Shown here: positions 18,591 through 28,776 of the stretch, piece by piece
Numbering within the stretch: the stretch's first letter is position 1
Layout of the letters: every line of letters starts with the position of its first letter
Virus record (IMG/VR): IMGVR_UViG_3300021400_000252
Strand: one strand, 5' to 3'
Source: a virus
Lineage: Duplodnaviria > Caudoviricetes
DNA: 64,000 nt
Made by a program: the position numbers and the translations under genes
The notes under the pieces: generated by a model
Seen by the model: the letters and a program-made list of their open reading frames with translations, nothing else
Told to the model about the DNA's origin: nothing
The model's database searches: none

Positions 18591-19022
18591 ATGACTAAAT
18601 TATTATATTATAAAAAATTAGAAACTGAAATCTTTAAGATAAAAGAACGCTGTAATGACTTAAAAGCTATTAACGATTTACTTATGAATAACTGTGGTAA
18701 GATGCTTAGAGTATGTGATAACTTAGGTCATTGTGAGGCTACACATTATAGATATTGTGGAACGCTTTTCTTAGATGTATTAAACGAGCATCTTTCTGCT
18801 GTAGAGACTAAGCGTTTTACTTTCGCTGGTAAGATCTTTTCCAGAAAAGAACTTAAGTACCTTTTAGGAAAGAATGGTTGCCTTGTTTATAATAATGTTC
18901 AAGCTAATTCGTATAATGAGTTTATAAATCGTGTATCTAATTATATTGGAAAGACTCTTGATACTTACACAGCAAGATTAAACGTTATATATAAGAAGCT
19001 AGGCATTCAAGAAGTAAAGTAA
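18591..19022 (+). CDS. hypothetical protein
   Basis: ORF in operon. Confidence 0.75.
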   Translation: MTKLLYYKKLETEIFKIKERCNDLKAINDLLMNNCGKMLRVCDNLGHCEATHYRYCGTLFLDVLNEHLSAVETKRFTFAGKIFSRKELKYLLGKNGCLVYNNVQANSYNEFINRVSNYIGKTLDTYTARLNVIYKKLGIQEVK

Positions 19023-19042
19023 TAATGAGATAGAGAAATAAT

Positions 19043-19417
19043 ATGTTTATAAGAACTAATTCAAATATATATGAAATAAATAAGTATGATGATATTATTA
19101 TAGAGAATAAAAAGGTTACTGGTTATTATATTGGCGAGACCGATGTAGTTAAGGAAGAACAAGTAATAGCTAAAACCGAAAATGGTGTTGAAGAGTTAAT
19201 CGATTGCTTTGTATTATATATAGATGGTAAATATCATTTTGCTAGTGAAGACTTATTAGCTATTGAAAGCTATGCTATTAAATATGATTTTGATAAGGTA
19301 GAAATCTATGGTATGATATTTACTAAATCTAGGTTTACAGGTGAAGTAGGATCTAAAGTAATTGTTAAACATACTGTGGATGAGAATGGCCATGGTTATT
19401 ATAGATTAATAAAGTAG
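19043..19417 (+). CDS. hypothetical protein
   Basis: ORF in operon. Confidence 0.75.
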   Translation: MFIRTNSNIYEINKYDDIIIENKKVTGYYIGETDVVKEEQVIAKTENGVEELIDCFVLYIDGKYHFASEDLLAIESYAIKYDFDKVEIYGMIFTKSRFTGEVGSKVIVKHTVDENGHGYYRLIK

Positions 19418-20044
19418 GTGAGTAATGTGACTTATAAGTTATTATTATATTGTAATAAATCAAAACCTTATTTAGTATATCATAGAGAATATTGTGCCTT
19501 ATCACCTTCAGAATATATTAATTATGGATATGAAACTCGTTGGGAAGATAAGAGTATGCTTGAGGACATTTGTAATGGCAATATAGTTGCCGAATGTGAT
19601 TACGAAGTAGAAGATATATTCTATGAATTATACGGCGATTTAGATTGGCAGCATGATTATCTTCCAACTACTAATACTATGAGTATTGTCTCTCTTGAAG
19701 ATGCTGCTTGTATGAGTAGAGAAAAGATTGAAGATCAAATGACTCATGATAAAGCCTATGCAATTCATATAAAGAACTTACATATCTTTGATATTGACGA
19801 TCGTAAAGAGCTTAATGAATTCTTATATGAAGATGATACTGATGGTCATTATGGTGTTTGGATGCTAGAAAGAACTCCTAAGAATGGAACTGTTATTTGC
19901 ACAGACTGTAAAGATATTGGCGGAGTATATTGTTGTAGAGGAACTTATGGTAGATTTTTAGCACTAAGTCCTTATGAGCTTCGTGACATATTAAACGGCA
20001 AGAAGACTGTTGTTATTCGTAAGTCTACTTGGAAGGAATGGTAA
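19418..20044 (+). CDS. circularly permuted ASCH-like protein
   Basis: The ASCH N-terminal motif (LSP...ILNGKKTVVIRK) sits at the C-terminus; LLYC, GNIVAEC and AYAIHI lie upstream. Confidence 0.6.
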   Translation: MSNVTYKLLLYCNKSKPYLVYHREYCALSPSEYINYGYETRWEDKSMLEDICNGNIVAECDYEVEDIFYELYGDLDWQHDYLPTTNTMSIVSLEDAACMSREKIEDQMTHDKAYAIHIKNLHIFDIDDRKELNEFLYEDDTDGHYGVWMLERTPKNGTVICTDCKDIGGVYCCRGTYGRFLALSPYELRDILNGKKTVVIRKSTWKEW

Positions 20045-20121
20045 TTTAAAATAAAAATAAAGGAAGTCACTAATCTGACTTCTTTTTTATTGTATATTAA
20101 ATTGATACATGAGGTGATATT

Positions 20122-20445
20122 ATGCTTAAAGAAATGATAGAGTTTAAAACTAAAGTAGAACATATAGCTAATTATTGTTTACAGCATACTTTTGGTAATA
20201 AGTGGAAATTTGAGTTAAATAATATAGATTTTGATATAGAGTTTGTCGACTCTGATTCAGATTCATTAGAAACTAGAATTGATATCATTTACATTAAAGG
20301 TCGTTTTGGTGATACTGACAGAGAAGAAACTTGGAAATCAATTGATATATCTTTATTTAATGAAGATGAATTTGACTTAGATAATGACCAATTTATTTAT
20401 GGTACATTCTTTGGATATTTTCAATCAATGGAGGATAATGCATAA
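20122..20445 (+). CDS. acidic hypothetical protein
   Basis: GAGGTG RBS; TTGTATATT at 20090. Confidence 0.75.
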   Translation: MLKEMIEFKTKVEHIANYCLQHTFGNKWKFELNNIDFDIEFVDSDSDSLETRIDIIYIKGRFGDTDREETWKSIDISLFNEDEFDLDNDQFIYGTFFGYFQSMEDNA

Positions 20446-20446
20446 T

Positions 20447-20617
20447 ATGAACAAAATTTATTCAGTTTTATTTATTGATAATAATAAACCAATTAAAGGT
20501 TTTTATGTGTTTGCTGAAAATGAAGATGAAGCTAAGTCTTTAGTGTTAGCTCAGATAGCAGATACTCCAGATAGAGTCTTAGCTAATTATGAAATGAATG
20601 TAACGGAGACAAAATAA
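20447..20617 (+). CDS. small hypothetical protein
   Basis: GGAGG RBS; start 20438 or 20447. Confidence 0.65.
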   Translation: MNKIYSVLFIDNNKPIKGFYVFAENEDEAKSLVLAQIADTPDRVLANYEMNVTETK

Positions 20618-20618
20618 T

Positions 20619-20867
20619 ATGTTAGAAATTAGAGAAGGACTTTTAATTAATCCAGAGCTTATCCAATATGCTGAAAAGTTTTATTTAGAAGATAGAACAG
20701 ATGGTCAATATGGGCTTCAATTACATTTTATTAGAGGTTATAATAATTTTTATTTTTCAACTAAGAAAGAAAGAGATGAAGCTTATAGTAAAATTTATAA
20801 TGCTAATAAAAGTGTCCACCTAACAAATACAGTTAAAACTTCTGCAGAAAGGCATTGGGATTTTTAA
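20619..20867 (+). CDS. hypothetical protein, FxTxxxRD family paralogue
   Basis: FSTKKERDEAYSKI. Confidence 0.75.
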   Translation: MLEIREGLLINPELIQYAEKFYLEDRTDGQYGLQLHFIRGYNNFYFSTKKERDEAYSKIYNANKSVHLTNTVKTSAERHWDF

Positions 20868-21262
20868 TGTTATTATATAATGAAGATCAAAATATTCCTA
20901 GTAAATATAAAGGAATTAATATAACTTATTTAAATGAAACACTACAACCAGAATTTGATTTTGATATGGCTTTTGTAAGCTTACATTTACAAGGTGGAAC
21001 TATTTATGCAAAAACTGATGGTATAGCTGCTCAAGAGATTACCAAGCTTATGACTGATATTTGGGACCCTTCAGGTGTAAAAGAACATGCTTCTCCACGT
21101 GAATATAAGGCTGATATTATTATAGGTAATCAGGTTTATCAAGGATGCTGGCCATCTAGCATTGAAATGGATTGGAAAACCGCTACTAAGAAAAAGCAAA
21201 ATGATGTAATGTACAATATAACTTTTGAGTTTGATAACAAAACATTTAGGAGTGATATATAA
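20867..21262 (+). CDS. hypothetical protein
   Basis: TAATG coupling. Confidence 0.75.
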   Translation: MLLYNEDQNIPSKYKGINITYLNETLQPEFDFDMAFVSLHLQGGTIYAKTDGIAAQEITKLMTDIWDPSGVKEHASPREYKADIIIGNQVYQGCWPSSIEMDWKTATKKKQNDVMYNITFEFDNKTFRSDI

Positions 21263-21263
21263 T

Positions 21264-21611
21264 ATGGGATTTTTATATGATTTTGGTGATGGCTGGGTTG
21301 TTAACTTAATGCAATTAGAATATTTTTCACCTTATGAAGACGATAGTGCTAGAGATGGAAAGAAGTATAAATTAGAATTTAATTTTAGTGGTAAGGGTTG
21401 CTTTACTTCTAGTTTTAAAACTAAAGAAGCTCGTGATAAATGCATTGATGAAATTCTAGCATTTGTGCCTACTATTAAAATTCAACATGATTATTCTGTA
21501 GGATGTATTTCTCCAACCGATACTGTTCTTGGTTCAACTTCATTACCAAAAGAAGATTCAAGAGCTGATGCCTACTCTATTCCAGCAGTTCAAAGTTTAT
21601 TTAATAAGTAG
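21264..21611 (+). CDS. hypothetical protein, FxTxxxRD family paralogue
   Basis: AGGAG RBS; FKTKEARDKCIDEI. Confidence 0.75.
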   Translation: MGFLYDFGDGWVVNLMQLEYFSPYEDDSARDGKKYKLEFNFSGKGCFTSSFKTKEARDKCIDEILAFVPTIKIQHDYSVGCISPTDTVLGSTSLPKEDSRADAYSIPAVQSLFNK

Positions 21612-21620
21612 GTGTAATTA

Positions 21621-21944
21621 ATGAAAGATAGATGTTATACAGGTGTTTGGTCTAATGGTAAGAAGACTATAGATTTAGATAATCTTAATACAGCTGCAGA
21701 GTATGCTGGTGTATGTAGTTGCGTAGATGGTAGTACTGACTATGGAGATGAATATTATGTAACTAAATCTGGTACTATTGTACATACATATCATTATGAT
21801 GATTTAGACGACTGGTTTGCAGATTTAGGACCTATTTATAATAGACATAATTGTTATAAAGTTATAGGAAAGAATTTTAAAAAGATTAAAGATAAAGGTG
21901 ACGAAGATCCGAACTGGATTGAATTTAATAGAAGTTTTAAATAA
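21621..21944 (+). CDS. hypothetical protein
   Basis: AGGTG RBS. Confidence 0.75.
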   Translation: MKDRCYTGVWSNGKKTIDLDNLNTAAEYAGVCSCVDGSTDYGDEYYVTKSGTIVHTYHYDDLDDWFADLGPIYNRHNCYKVIGKNFKKIKDKGDEDPNWIEFNRSFK

Positions 21945-21953
21945 ATTAAGGTA

Positions 21954-22223
21954 GTGAGAAATAATATGTATAATGGATATCATTTTTATGAAGGCTTAAA
22001 TAAAAAATATGGTCATTTGAAAGTTATTGTTAAAGCAAGAAGTAAAAGAGCCGCAGATAAAATACTCTTAGATAAATATAATAAAGGTTGGGAAGTTTTA
22101 GTTTATTGTAATTTTAAGGAATTAAATACAGTGGAAGAAGCTGAATTGATAAAAAAGGTAAATTCAGCAAACGAGCATGAAGAGCTTTATGCTAAATATA
22201 TTTATTTAAAACAAGGAGACTAA
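21954..22223 (+). CDS. hypothetical protein
   Basis: ORF in operon. Confidence 0.7.
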   Translation: MRNNMYNGYHFYEGLNKKYGHLKVIVKARSKRAADKILLDKYNKGWEVLVYCNFKELNTVEEAELIKKVNSANEHEELYAKYIYLKQGD

Positions 22224-22224
22224 A

Positions 22225-22581
22225 ATGATTTATACTTCTTATTTTGGAAAATATAGAGGTGATAAAGGAGTCTCTATTGCTAGATGGACTCCAAGTTGGT
22301 TTATCGGTGAATCTATGTTATGTTTTGCACCATCTCAAAATTTGTTAAAGTGGTGGAAGACATTAGATAAGAAAGCTCAAGAGAATCCTGACTATCAAAT
22401 GCAATACTATGAAGCTTATGTTAAGGAAACCTTAGAACCATTAGTTCCACAAGTACATGAACTAGCTAAACAATTAGAAGGTAAAGTATTATTATGTTAT
22501 GAAAAACCAGAAGATTTCTGTCATAGACATATCGTTGCTAATTGGTTCTGTAAATATGGATATCTTTGTGATGAATTATAA
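22225..22581 (+). CDS. DUF488-family protein
   Basis: IYTSYF...SIARWTP...APS...LLCYEKPEDFCHRH. Confidence 0.85.
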   Translation: MIYTSYFGKYRGDKGVSIARWTPSWFIGESMLCFAPSQNLLKWWKTLDKKAQENPDYQMQYYEAYVKETLEPLVPQVHELAKQLEGKVLLCYEKPEDFCHRHIVANWFCKYGYLCDEL

Positions 22582-22645
22582 AATATTAAAGGATCTGGTT
22601 ATTCAGATTCTTTTTCTTTGTATACTTATATATAGAGGTGAGAGT

Positions 22646-23146
22646 ATGTTAAATCTAAAACAAACTAAATGGGTTATTTTTGATAAAGAATTAAAAAATA
22701 TTTGGGATAAAGGTTGGTGGATACCTGTAGAGGAACTCGCTAATCTAAATAAACATATCAAATATTATAGAGGATGGAAAGCTGCTATTAATGGTTATTT
22801 ATCTGGACGTGGATATGGTGAAGATGTTAGATTAGATAATATAAGAGTTTTACCTGTAAATTTAACTATTGCAGTAGATGAGTCTTATGAAGAGGTTCCG
22901 GTTAGTACCTATTTTAGTCCTAAGTATGATATAAATATAAAGCAACTTCATCGATATATTAAGACTGAAAAACTTAATGCTATTATCGATCTATTAGACA
23001 TGGTTAAAATACGATTTGGAACACACTCTGAACATGGTCTAGATACTGTCTACGCTGTGTGGACAGAGCAAGATAAGTATGGAGTAGCAAGAGAGTATTG
23101 TGATACTATTATTGCAACATCAGATAATAAAGAAGATTTAATATAG
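22646..23146 (+). CDS. hypothetical protein
   Basis: GAGGTG RBS with ATG 22646. Confidence 0.75.
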   Translation: MLNLKQTKWVIFDKELKNIWDKGWWIPVEELANLNKHIKYYRGWKAAINGYLSGRGYGEDVRLDNIRVLPVNLTIAVDESYEEVPVSTYFSPKYDINIKQLHRYIKTEKLNAIIDLLDMVKIRFGTHSEHGLDTVYAVWTEQDKYGVAREYCDTIIATSDNKEDLI

Positions 23147-23156
23147 GAGAATTAGT

Positions 23157-23588
23157 ATGATTGAACCTAGTTATATGAGATTTAATTTAGAAGAGCAAAA
23201 GAAAGGCTTACATATTAAATTAATTAATTTTCTGTTAGAATATAATAGAACAAGTGGAGATTCTTTTGTTGAAATTCTTATAAAACCTGCTGGTTATGAA
23301 GATACCATTACTGTAGAGTGGATTCAAAATGATTATAATGATAAAGAATATGAAGACCACTTCAAAGCAGTTGGTGCTGATGAACATATTATGTTTGAAT
23401 ATGAATTTCCAGATAACCATTTTGAGTGGGTTGAATCTATGGAAGAAGGTAAAGAAAGAGTTGAAGAATGGCTTAAAGAAAATCCAGGTTGGATAAAGAC
23501 AGACTATGGTCGTTGGATTAATAAAGAAGAAAATGAAAGATTAAGAAAAGAATTTGGATTAGATGATCCAGACTGGGAGGACAAATAA
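23157..23588 (+). CDS. acidic hypothetical protein
   Basis: AGGAG RBS. Confidence 0.8.
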   Translation: MIEPSYMRFNLEEQKKGLHIKLINFLLEYNRTSGDSFVEILIKPAGYEDTITVEWIQNDYNDKEYEDHFKAVGADEHIMFEYEFPDNHFEWVESMEEGKERVEEWLKENPGWIKTDYGRWINKEENERLRKEFGLDDPDWEDK

Positions 23589-23896
23589 TGAAATATTTTA
23601 AGTTTAATAATAAGATTTTTACTTTAGAAAATATTGTTGGTATGTCAACAAGTGAATATACTTATACAGATGAAGATTTAGAAAATGGAGATTGTTCTGA
23701 AGACGAAGTTAATAAATGTTTTTATTTAATTATGATTTATAGACCGAGTGAAGATCCATCAATATTACAATTTGATACTGAAGAAACTAGAGATTTAGTT
23801 TATAATAAGATAATTGAATTAATTAAACCTTATGATTTTGATAAATTTATTAAAGATAAAATTGAATCAAAATCTAATGAAAAGGAAAGTGATTAA
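23588..23896 (+). CDS. hypothetical protein, FxTxxxRD family paralogue
   Basis: FDTEETRDLVYNKI. Confidence 0.75.
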   Translation: MKYFKFNNKIFTLENIVGMSTSEYTYTDEDLENGDCSEDEVNKCFYLIMIYRPSEDPSILQFDTEETRDLVYNKIIELIKPYDFDKFIKDKIESKSNEKESD

Positions 23897-23897
23897 T

Positions 23898-24089
23898 GTG
23901 GATTTTGAATACTTAGGCAATAAAGACATTATTAATGTCTCAATGACAAAAGAAGAAGCAGAAGTAGTCTCAAGATATTTATTAGATAGAAGAATTAAAT
24001 TAGAAGATTGTGATTTAAAAGATTCATATTGTTATCCAAAAATTACGAAGGTCTATTTTGAAATACTTAAAAACCTAATGAAACAATAG
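23898..24089 (+). CDS. small hypothetical protein
   Basis: Probable GTG start at 23898. Confidence 0.6.
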   Translation: MDFEYLGNKDIINVSMTKEEAEVVSRYLLDRRIKLEDCDLKDSYCYPKITKVYFEILKNLMKQ

Positions 24090-24120
24090 CTAAATTATAT
24101 ACTGAGTTTAGGAGATTAAT

Positions 24121-24825
24121 ATGGCAAAAGAACCACTTCTACATCTAAGCTCTTCTGATTATGTAGAATTACTTTTAAAAAATAAATCATTAGCTTTTAT
24201 TGCAAATCGATATTTTTATAAATGTCCAGTTTTCGCTGGTTCGAATGCTACAAAAGATGGAATTTCTCTTCTTCGTAGTATAAGTACAACTTTACTTACT
24301 AGTCATGAATTTAAAGACAAATTATTAGAATTAATTCCAGAAAATAGTCAAAGTCAGAGTCTTCTTACCATAACTGAAGCTGACGCAAATTTTATTACTT
24401 TATATGCTTATGCTTTATGTTTATGGGTTATTATTGCAATGAGTTCATTAAATAAAGTTCAGAGTAAAAATAAAAATTTTACTATTTATAGTTCTTTTGG
24501 AATAAGTTTTAGCGGATTCTTAATAAATTGTGGTGCGATAAGAAATTCAAATAATCAATATGAAGGTACTCTAGATTCAAGATTTATAATAGACGATATT
24601 ACAAATGGAATTTCAGAACAAAAAATCAACCAATTAAGAGAAGCTTGTAAGAATATTTCAAATTTAGAAACTGATAATCTGACTTGGTATCTTAGAGGTT
24701 GGTTACCAGAATTCTTATCACTATTTAAATGTCAATATAAATCCGTCCAAGCACAAACAAAAATAAGCGAAGTTGATTTAATTGAATTAGTCCAAAGAGC
24801 AAAACAAACACTTATTGAAGAATAA
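24121..24825 (+). CDS. hypothetical protein (late-motif promoter)
   Basis: AGCTAAATT at 24088, AGGAG RBS. Confidence 0.8.
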   Translation: MAKEPLLHLSSSDYVELLLKNKSLAFIANRYFYKCPVFAGSNATKDGISLLRSISTTLLTSHEFKDKLLELIPENSQSQSLLTITEADANFITLYAYALCLWVIIAMSSLNKVQSKNKNFTIYSSFGISFSGFLINCGAIRNSNNQYEGTLDSRFIIDDITNGISEQKINQLREACKNISNLETDNLTWYLRGWLPEFLSLFKCQYKSVQAQTKISEVDLIELVQRAKQTLIEE

Positions 24826-24876
24826 ATTTTTTGCTAAATTACATAAATTATATTAAATTATTTTTAGGAGACATAA

Positions 24877-25560
24877 ATGAATAAGAATAGAAATCAATTC
24901 AGTATAGATTGAGATAATTTATGGACTGCTGATTTACCTCAAAAAAGAAAAGTAAGAGAATCAATTTATTACAAAAGAAAATTAAATGAAAGTTTAAATA
25001 GAGCTGAATATAGACAACTTACAGATGAAGAAATAAAGTATATTTGTTCACAGGTAAATGGTATGATTGGATATGAACCAGAATTAGATGATTTTTCACC
25101 TTATTTTAAGGAAATAGAACAAAATATAGGTATTATTGTTACATCTTTTCAGATTTTTGGCGATGAAGACGAACCAGTAATTATAAATACTCCAGAAGAA
25201 TTATTAAATAAAATTAGAGAACTAGTTGATTTTGGTGGTGAAATAGAAGCTTGGGAAGATTATCTAAATGAATATGAGTCTGGAGATACTAACTCAGAAG
25301 GATATGAGCGTATTAATAATCTAATTAAAGTATGGCCATATGGTGGTCTATGTTCTGTTGAAGAATATACTAGATTAATTTCTGCACTAACAGATATTGA
25401 CCTTTATGGATATGGAGATTTCCCAACTATTTGGGATGGAATAGCTGAACAAATTTCTTATGAAGATGATGAAGAAGGAATTAAAGAAGTTTTTAATGAT
25501 CCATATACAGGATTATTAATCAGAAAGTCATTTACATTTGATCCAAGTAAAGCTGAATAA
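24877..25560 (+). CDS. acidic late protein, possible internal head protein (227 aa, TGA at 24910 read through)
   Basis: TGCTAAATT 24832, AGGAG RBS, ATG 24877 in frame with track ORF 25063; VRES/LNES motifs. Confidence 0.8.
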
Positions 25561-25747
25561 AATTAACTTTAAATTTTAATTATAAAAACTAAGTTTCGTA
25601 CTTAGTTTTTTATTTCCTTACCAGAAATTTTTGTATATTAAATAGAGTTAATATGTAAATATTTTCAAGGGTTTTCTAATGCTAAATTAATTACCTAAGA
25701 TATAAATATATCAACAAAAAATTTTAAAAGAAAGGATAACTTAATAT

Positions 25748-27973
25748 ATGGAAAAAGTTATTAAACGAGACAGGAAGCAAGTGCCATTTGATGAAGATAA
25801 AATCAAAATTGCACTTAGAAAAGCTAATGCTGAAACTAAGAAAGCACATAGATTAACTGAGGAAGAAATAACTAGTATTGCTGAATTTATTAAGAATATC
25901 GATAAAAAGTGTTTAGGTGTAGAAGCCATTCAAGATATTATTGTTAATAAACTTGTAGAATTAAATAAGCCAGAAATTGTATCTTCTTATATTCAATATA
26001 GATATATTCATAAATTAAGAAGAGAAGCTAATACTACTGATGATGCTATTTTTGACTTATTAGGCGGAACATCAGAATATTGGAATGAAGAGAATAGTAA
26101 CAAAGATGCTAAGATTGTAACTGTTCAACGTGACTATATGGCTGGAATTGTTTCCACTGACCTTACTAACCGTCTTTTGTTGCCTAAAGATATCGTAAAA
26201 GCTCACCAAGATGGTATTATTCATTTCCATGATGCAGATTATTTTGGACAAAATGCATTACATAACTGTGATCTAATTAATCTTGATGATATGCTTCAAA
26301 ATGGTACTGTTGTAAATGGATTTAAAATCGATAAACCACATTGGTTAAGTAAAGCAACAACAATTGCAACACAAATTATTACAGCAGTCGCAAGTTCACA
26401 ATATGGTGGATGTTCTATTGATTTAGGAGATCTAGTACCATTTGTAGACTCAAGTAGAAAGAAATACATTGAAATACATTTAAATAGAAGAAACTGGTTT
26501 AAACGTCATTTCTTTAAAAAGTATTTTATCAAAAAGGCTTATAAATATGCTGAAGATGACTTAAAGAGAGAAATTGAGGCTTCTGTACAAACATTTAATT
26601 ATCAAATTAATTCGATGTCCACAACTAATGGACAAGCTCCATTTATTACTGTATTCATGTATTTAAATCAAAGACCTGAATTAAAACATGATCATGCATT
26701 ATTAATTGAAGAATTCTTAAAGCAAAGAATTATCGGAATGAAAAATGAGGAAGGTGTTTATATCACTCAAGCATTCCCTAAATTAATTTATGTCTTAGAA
26801 GAAGATAATATTAATGAAGATTCTGAATATTATTATTTAACAAAACTTGCAGCAAAATGTACAGCAAAACGTTTAGTTCCAGATTATATTTCAGAAAAGA
26901 AGATGAAGGAATTAAAGAAAGGTGACTGTTATTCAGTAATGGGTTGTCGTTCAGCTTTAACTCCAGATAGATTTAGTGAGAAGTATGGTAATATTGCTAA
27001 AGCAAAGAATTATGTTGAAGGTAAACATAAATATTCTGGAAGATTTAATCAAGGTGTTGTAACTATCTCATTACCAGATGTTGCATTCTCTAGTAAAGGA
27101 AATATGGATGCATTCTGGAAAATCTTTGATGAAAGACTTGAACTATGTCATAGAGCATTAAAATGTAGACATGAAAGATTAAAAGGAAAATTATCAGATA
27201 TGGCTCCAATCTTATGGCAATATGGTGCATTAGCTAGATTAGATAAACATGAGAAGATTGATGAACTATTATATCATGGTTATTCAACTATTTCATTAGG
27301 ATATGCTGGATTATATGAATGTGTTAAGTACATGACAGGTCATTCTCATACAGACGGTAATGGTGGTAAAACATTTGGTTTACAAGTAATGCAACATATG
27401 AATGATGCTTGTAATAAGTGGAAAGCTGAAGAAGATATTGATTATTCAATTTATGGAACACCACTTGAATCAACAACTTATAAATTTGCTAAATGTTTAA
27501 AGGCTAGATTTGGAGCTGACGTATTCGAGAAATTAGATGGTCATGATAGAAACTACATTACCAATAGTTATCACGTTCCTGTATTTGAAAATATTGATGC
27601 ATTTGATAAACTTGCACTAGAATCTGAATTCCAAGCATTATCTCCAGGTGGTGCTATTAGTTATATTGAAACACCAAATTTACAAAATAATATTGAAGCA
27701 GTACTTGAAGTTATTAAATTTATTTATAATAATATTATGTATGCTGAATTAAATACTAAATCAGATTATTGTCAAAAATGCGGATATGATGGTGAAATCT
27801 TATTAGACGATGATTTGAATTGGTATTGTCCACAGTGTGGAAATAGAGATAAGGACTTCTTAAATGTTGCTAGACGTACTTGTGGTTACATCGGCCAGCA
27901 TTATTGGAACAAAGGTAGAACACAAGAAATTAAAGATAGAGTTTTACACTTAGATAATAAGGAAGCTGAATAA
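25748..27973 (+). CDS. nrdD: anaerobic (class III) ribonucleoside-triphosphate reductase
   Basis: N-terminal ATP cone (VIKRD), IHFHD, HNC, MGCRS, CxxC..CxxC zinc site, RRTCGY glycyl-radical motif. Confidence 0.97.
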   Translation: MEKVIKRDRKQVPFDEDKIKIALRKANAETKKAHRLTEEEITSIAEFIKNIDKKCLGVEAIQDIIVNKLVELNKPEIVSSYIQYRYIHKLRREANTTDDAIFDLLGGTSEYWNEENSNKDAKIVTVQRDYMAGIVSTDLTNRLLLPKDIVKAHQDGIIHFHDADYFGQNALHNCDLINLDDMLQNGTVVNGFKIDKPHWLSKATTIATQIITAVASSQYGGCSIDLGDLVPFVDSSRKKYIEIHLNRRNWFKRHFFKKYFIKKAYKYAEDDLKREIEASVQTFNYQINSMSTTNGQAPFITVFMYLNQRPELKHDHALLIEEFLKQRIIGMKNEEGVYITQAFPKLIYVLEEDNINEDSEYYYLTKLAAKCTAKRLVPDYISEKKMKELKKGDCYSVMGCRSALTPDRFSEKYGNIAKAKNYVEGKHKYSGRFNQGVVTISLPDVAFSSKGNMDAFWKIFDERLELCHRALKCRHERLKGKLSDMAPILWQYGALARLDKHEKIDELLYHGYSTISLGYAGLYECVKYMTGHSHTDGNGGKTFGLQVMQHMNDACNKWKAEEDIDYSIYGTPLESTTYKFAKCLKARFGADVFEKLDGHDRNYITNSYHVPVFENIDAFDKLALESEFQALSPGGAISYIETPNLQNNIEAVLEVIKFIYNNIMYAELNTKSDYCQKCGYDGEILLDDDLNWYCPQCGNRDKDFLNVARRTCGYIGQHYWNKGRTQEIKDRVLHLDNKEAE

Positions 27974-28002
27974 GCTTCCTATATCTTTCTTGGAGGTTAA
28001 AT

Positions 28003-28500
28003 ATGAATTATTCTCAAATTAGAAAAATGGATATCTCAGATGGTCCAGGATGTAGAGTAGCAATCTACTTTAGCGGTTGTGATTTATATTGTAAAGGTTG
28101 TCATAATTATACTATTTGGGATTTTAATTCTGGAAAAGAATTTACTGAAGAAACAATCTCAAAAATAATTGAATTAGCCAAACCAGATTATATTGTTGGA
28201 TTAAGTATTTTAGGTGGTGAACCATTACATGATAAAAATATAGATGGAACATTAAGATTAATTGAAAAATTCAAAGAAGTTTATCCAAATAAATCTGTTT
28301 GGGTTTGGACAGGATATTTATTAGAAGACGTAATTGATAAAATTAAAGATAGTTCTATTGATGTACTTATAGATGGTAAGTTTGATATTGACTTATTTGA
28401 TCCAAAATTACGTTATAAAGGCTCTTCTAATCAAAGAGTGATTGATTTTAAAGCTACTATAAAAAACAAAAAATTTAAGCCAGTTTTATATACTAAATAG
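28003..28500 (+). CDS. nrdG: anaerobic RNR activating enzyme (radical SAM)
   Basis: DGPGCR...[22 protein letters not shown]. Confidence 0.96.
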   Translation: MNYSQIRKMDISDGPGCRVAIYFSGCDLYCKGCHNYTIWDFNSGKEFTEETISKIIELAKPDYIVGLSILGGEPLHDKNIDGTLRLIEKFKEVYPNKSVWVWTGYLLEDVIDKIKDSSIDVLIDGKFDIDLFDPKLRYKGSSNQRVIDFKATIKNKKFKPVLYTK

Positions 28501-28510
28501 GAGAATAAAT

Positions 28511-28744
28511 ATGAGCGAAAGAGTAGATAATCTAGTTCAAATGTTAGATACATATGTAGATGATGGTGGATATCACCTAAATGTTAATGTTTTTAATAGA
28601 GAAATGTTATTAGACGCTCAGGCCCATCCTGAGAAATATCCTCAATTAACTATTCGTGTTTCTGGTTACGCTGTTAACTTTATTAAATTAACTAAAGAAC
28701 AACAGGATGATGTTATCTCAAGAACAATTCATGAGAGCATGTAA
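28511..28744 (+). CDS. grcA: autonomous glycyl radical cofactor (GrcA/YfiD-like, PFL C-terminal domain)
   Basis: GGYHLNVNV...[15 protein letters not shown]. Confidence 0.9.
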   Translation: MSERVDNLVQMLDTYVDDGGYHLNVNVFNREMLLDAQAHPEKYPQLTIRVSGYAVNFIKLTKEQQDDVISRTIHESM

Positions 28745-28776
28745 ATTTTAAAAAATCATTGTATAATATAATGATC

